From Anolis carolinensis (Eukaryota): a DNA stretch of 64,000 nucleotides. The translations under genes and the position numbers were made by a program. Shown piece by piece: positions 62,790 through 64,000 of the stretch. Numbering within the stretch: position 1 is the stretch's first letter; each line of letters begins with the position of its first letter. Location: NCBI RefSeq assembly GCF_035594765.1, contig NC_085841.1, positions 68,557,574 to 68,621,573 on the forward strand, read 5' to 3'. The notes under the pieces were generated by a model that was not told the DNA's origin, searched no databases, and saw nothing but the letters and a program-made list of their open reading frames with translations.

Positions 62790-64000
62790 TACATGGACTT
62801 AGAGAAAGCAGAAAGTTTGGAAAATATACTTGTTATCTCTAGTTACCTCCTGGTTGTGTTATCAGAGAGAATAGCCTAAAGGTATCTGTGAATGATTTGT
62901 GTGATCCATGGAACAATTCCAGTAATATTTTTTCAAAGAACACATGTTTAAGTAACACTTAAAAGGGTTTCCCTAAAGATATAATGAATGAATACAACAA
63001 ACATATATGTGAACACTTCTTTAAAAAATCAGAATTTGGCTTTGGCTCTGCATAAATTTTACACTCAGTGACAAATCAGGATTTTCTGCCACCAATGTGT
63101 GAAATGGTTGATAGATGCAGAAGCTAGAAGAAGAGAGGTGTACTTCCTCAGCTAGAGAAGTTTGGGAGCTGTAAGAATGCTATTTTTCCAAATTAGAACT
63201 AAGAGTACAGAGACAAAAGTCTATTACAATAGGGCATTCACCAGAGCAACAATCTAGTATTTCAAAAACTAACGCAAAAGCAGATGTGATCTTTTTGGGA
63301 GAGTGCAGGAGAAGAATCGGAAAACAGGTCTATATTGATAAAAAATTATTTTATTGTCAGATTTATTTCCTTGTTAACTTAAAGCAGAAGTTTATGTTCA
63401 GTAGCAAAAGTAGCAGATTTCAGATGTACAATTTCTTCTGAAGAAACAAACAAGAGTGTTCTTCCCATTTATTCCTGCAGAAGATATGTATTTTAACTCT
63501 TCTTCTTTCAGCACAGCACAACATTCAGAGGCATCTCTCGCTCTTCTTAACCTATCCTGTGTTCCTTTGGTAAAAGGTCAAACTCTGATCTGAAATCCTA
63601 TTACTGACATTTTGAAAGGGTTCATATTTCAAAAACCATACATGTTGAATTAGGCAGGACAAAGGAAAGCTAGGCCCTTTCTTGTGTTGTATTTCTTGGT
63701 CTTGAGTAAACTGCCATAAGCAATTCGTGTGCCCACAAATAACTTCACATGTCTTGTCTGATTCAATAATATATGAAACTGAACTTCTAACAGACCCATG
63801 AAATATGAAGATGTTTGGGGGCATTTTAAAGCTTGCAGCTATGTGGAGGAGGCAAGCGTGAACATCTGTTGTTAAAACAAGAGGTTGCTTTGTTTTTGTG
63901 GAAGTAGAAATGAATTGTGCCTGTGGCTGCAACCCTTGCATTCAGTCTGACTGAACCCATCCAGCTGACTATAGGTAAAAGACTGTAGCTGATGGCTTTA

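Noticed and set aside
63552-63941. 129-aa minus-strand ORF
   Set aside because: No recognisable motif, stop codon immediately upstream of the ATG, no supporting gene structure; compatible with chance.

Overview
Repeat-dense vertebrate DNA, probably intergenic or intronic. The repeat families (Sauria SINE, an L2-tailed tRNA SINE, young CR1/L2/RTE LINEs, Penelope fragments, palindromic MITEs) point to a squamate lizard, most likely Anolis. That assignment and the family names come from recalled repeat sequences, not a database search. No host protein-coding gene could be identified with confidence. The long ORFs are LINE ORF2s: a 5'-truncated L2 at ~39.7-42.5 kb (minus) and a disrupted CR1 at ~57-60 kb (plus). 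The window also holds four TG...CA solo LTRs with 5-bp TSDs (one nested in another), two composite Helitron-like elements, a Copia-like LTR, hAT/Harbinger/Tc1-mariner MITEs and a 141-nt assembly gap. The strongest unexpected signal is a short acidic ORF starting at base 2 of three diverged solo LTRs. It ends in an invariant RRSLRIAA motif encoded by almost entirely different synonymous codons, which indicates protein-level purifying selection inside the LTR. The motif resembles the HMGN nucleosome-binding core RRSARLSA. A fourth, distant LTR family shows the same layout once its nested insertion is removed. Also notable are a young hAT element made of a tandem array of CpG-rich palindromes with NRF1 motifs, and a ~600-bp inverted repeat with convergent CCAAT/TATA-like modules.
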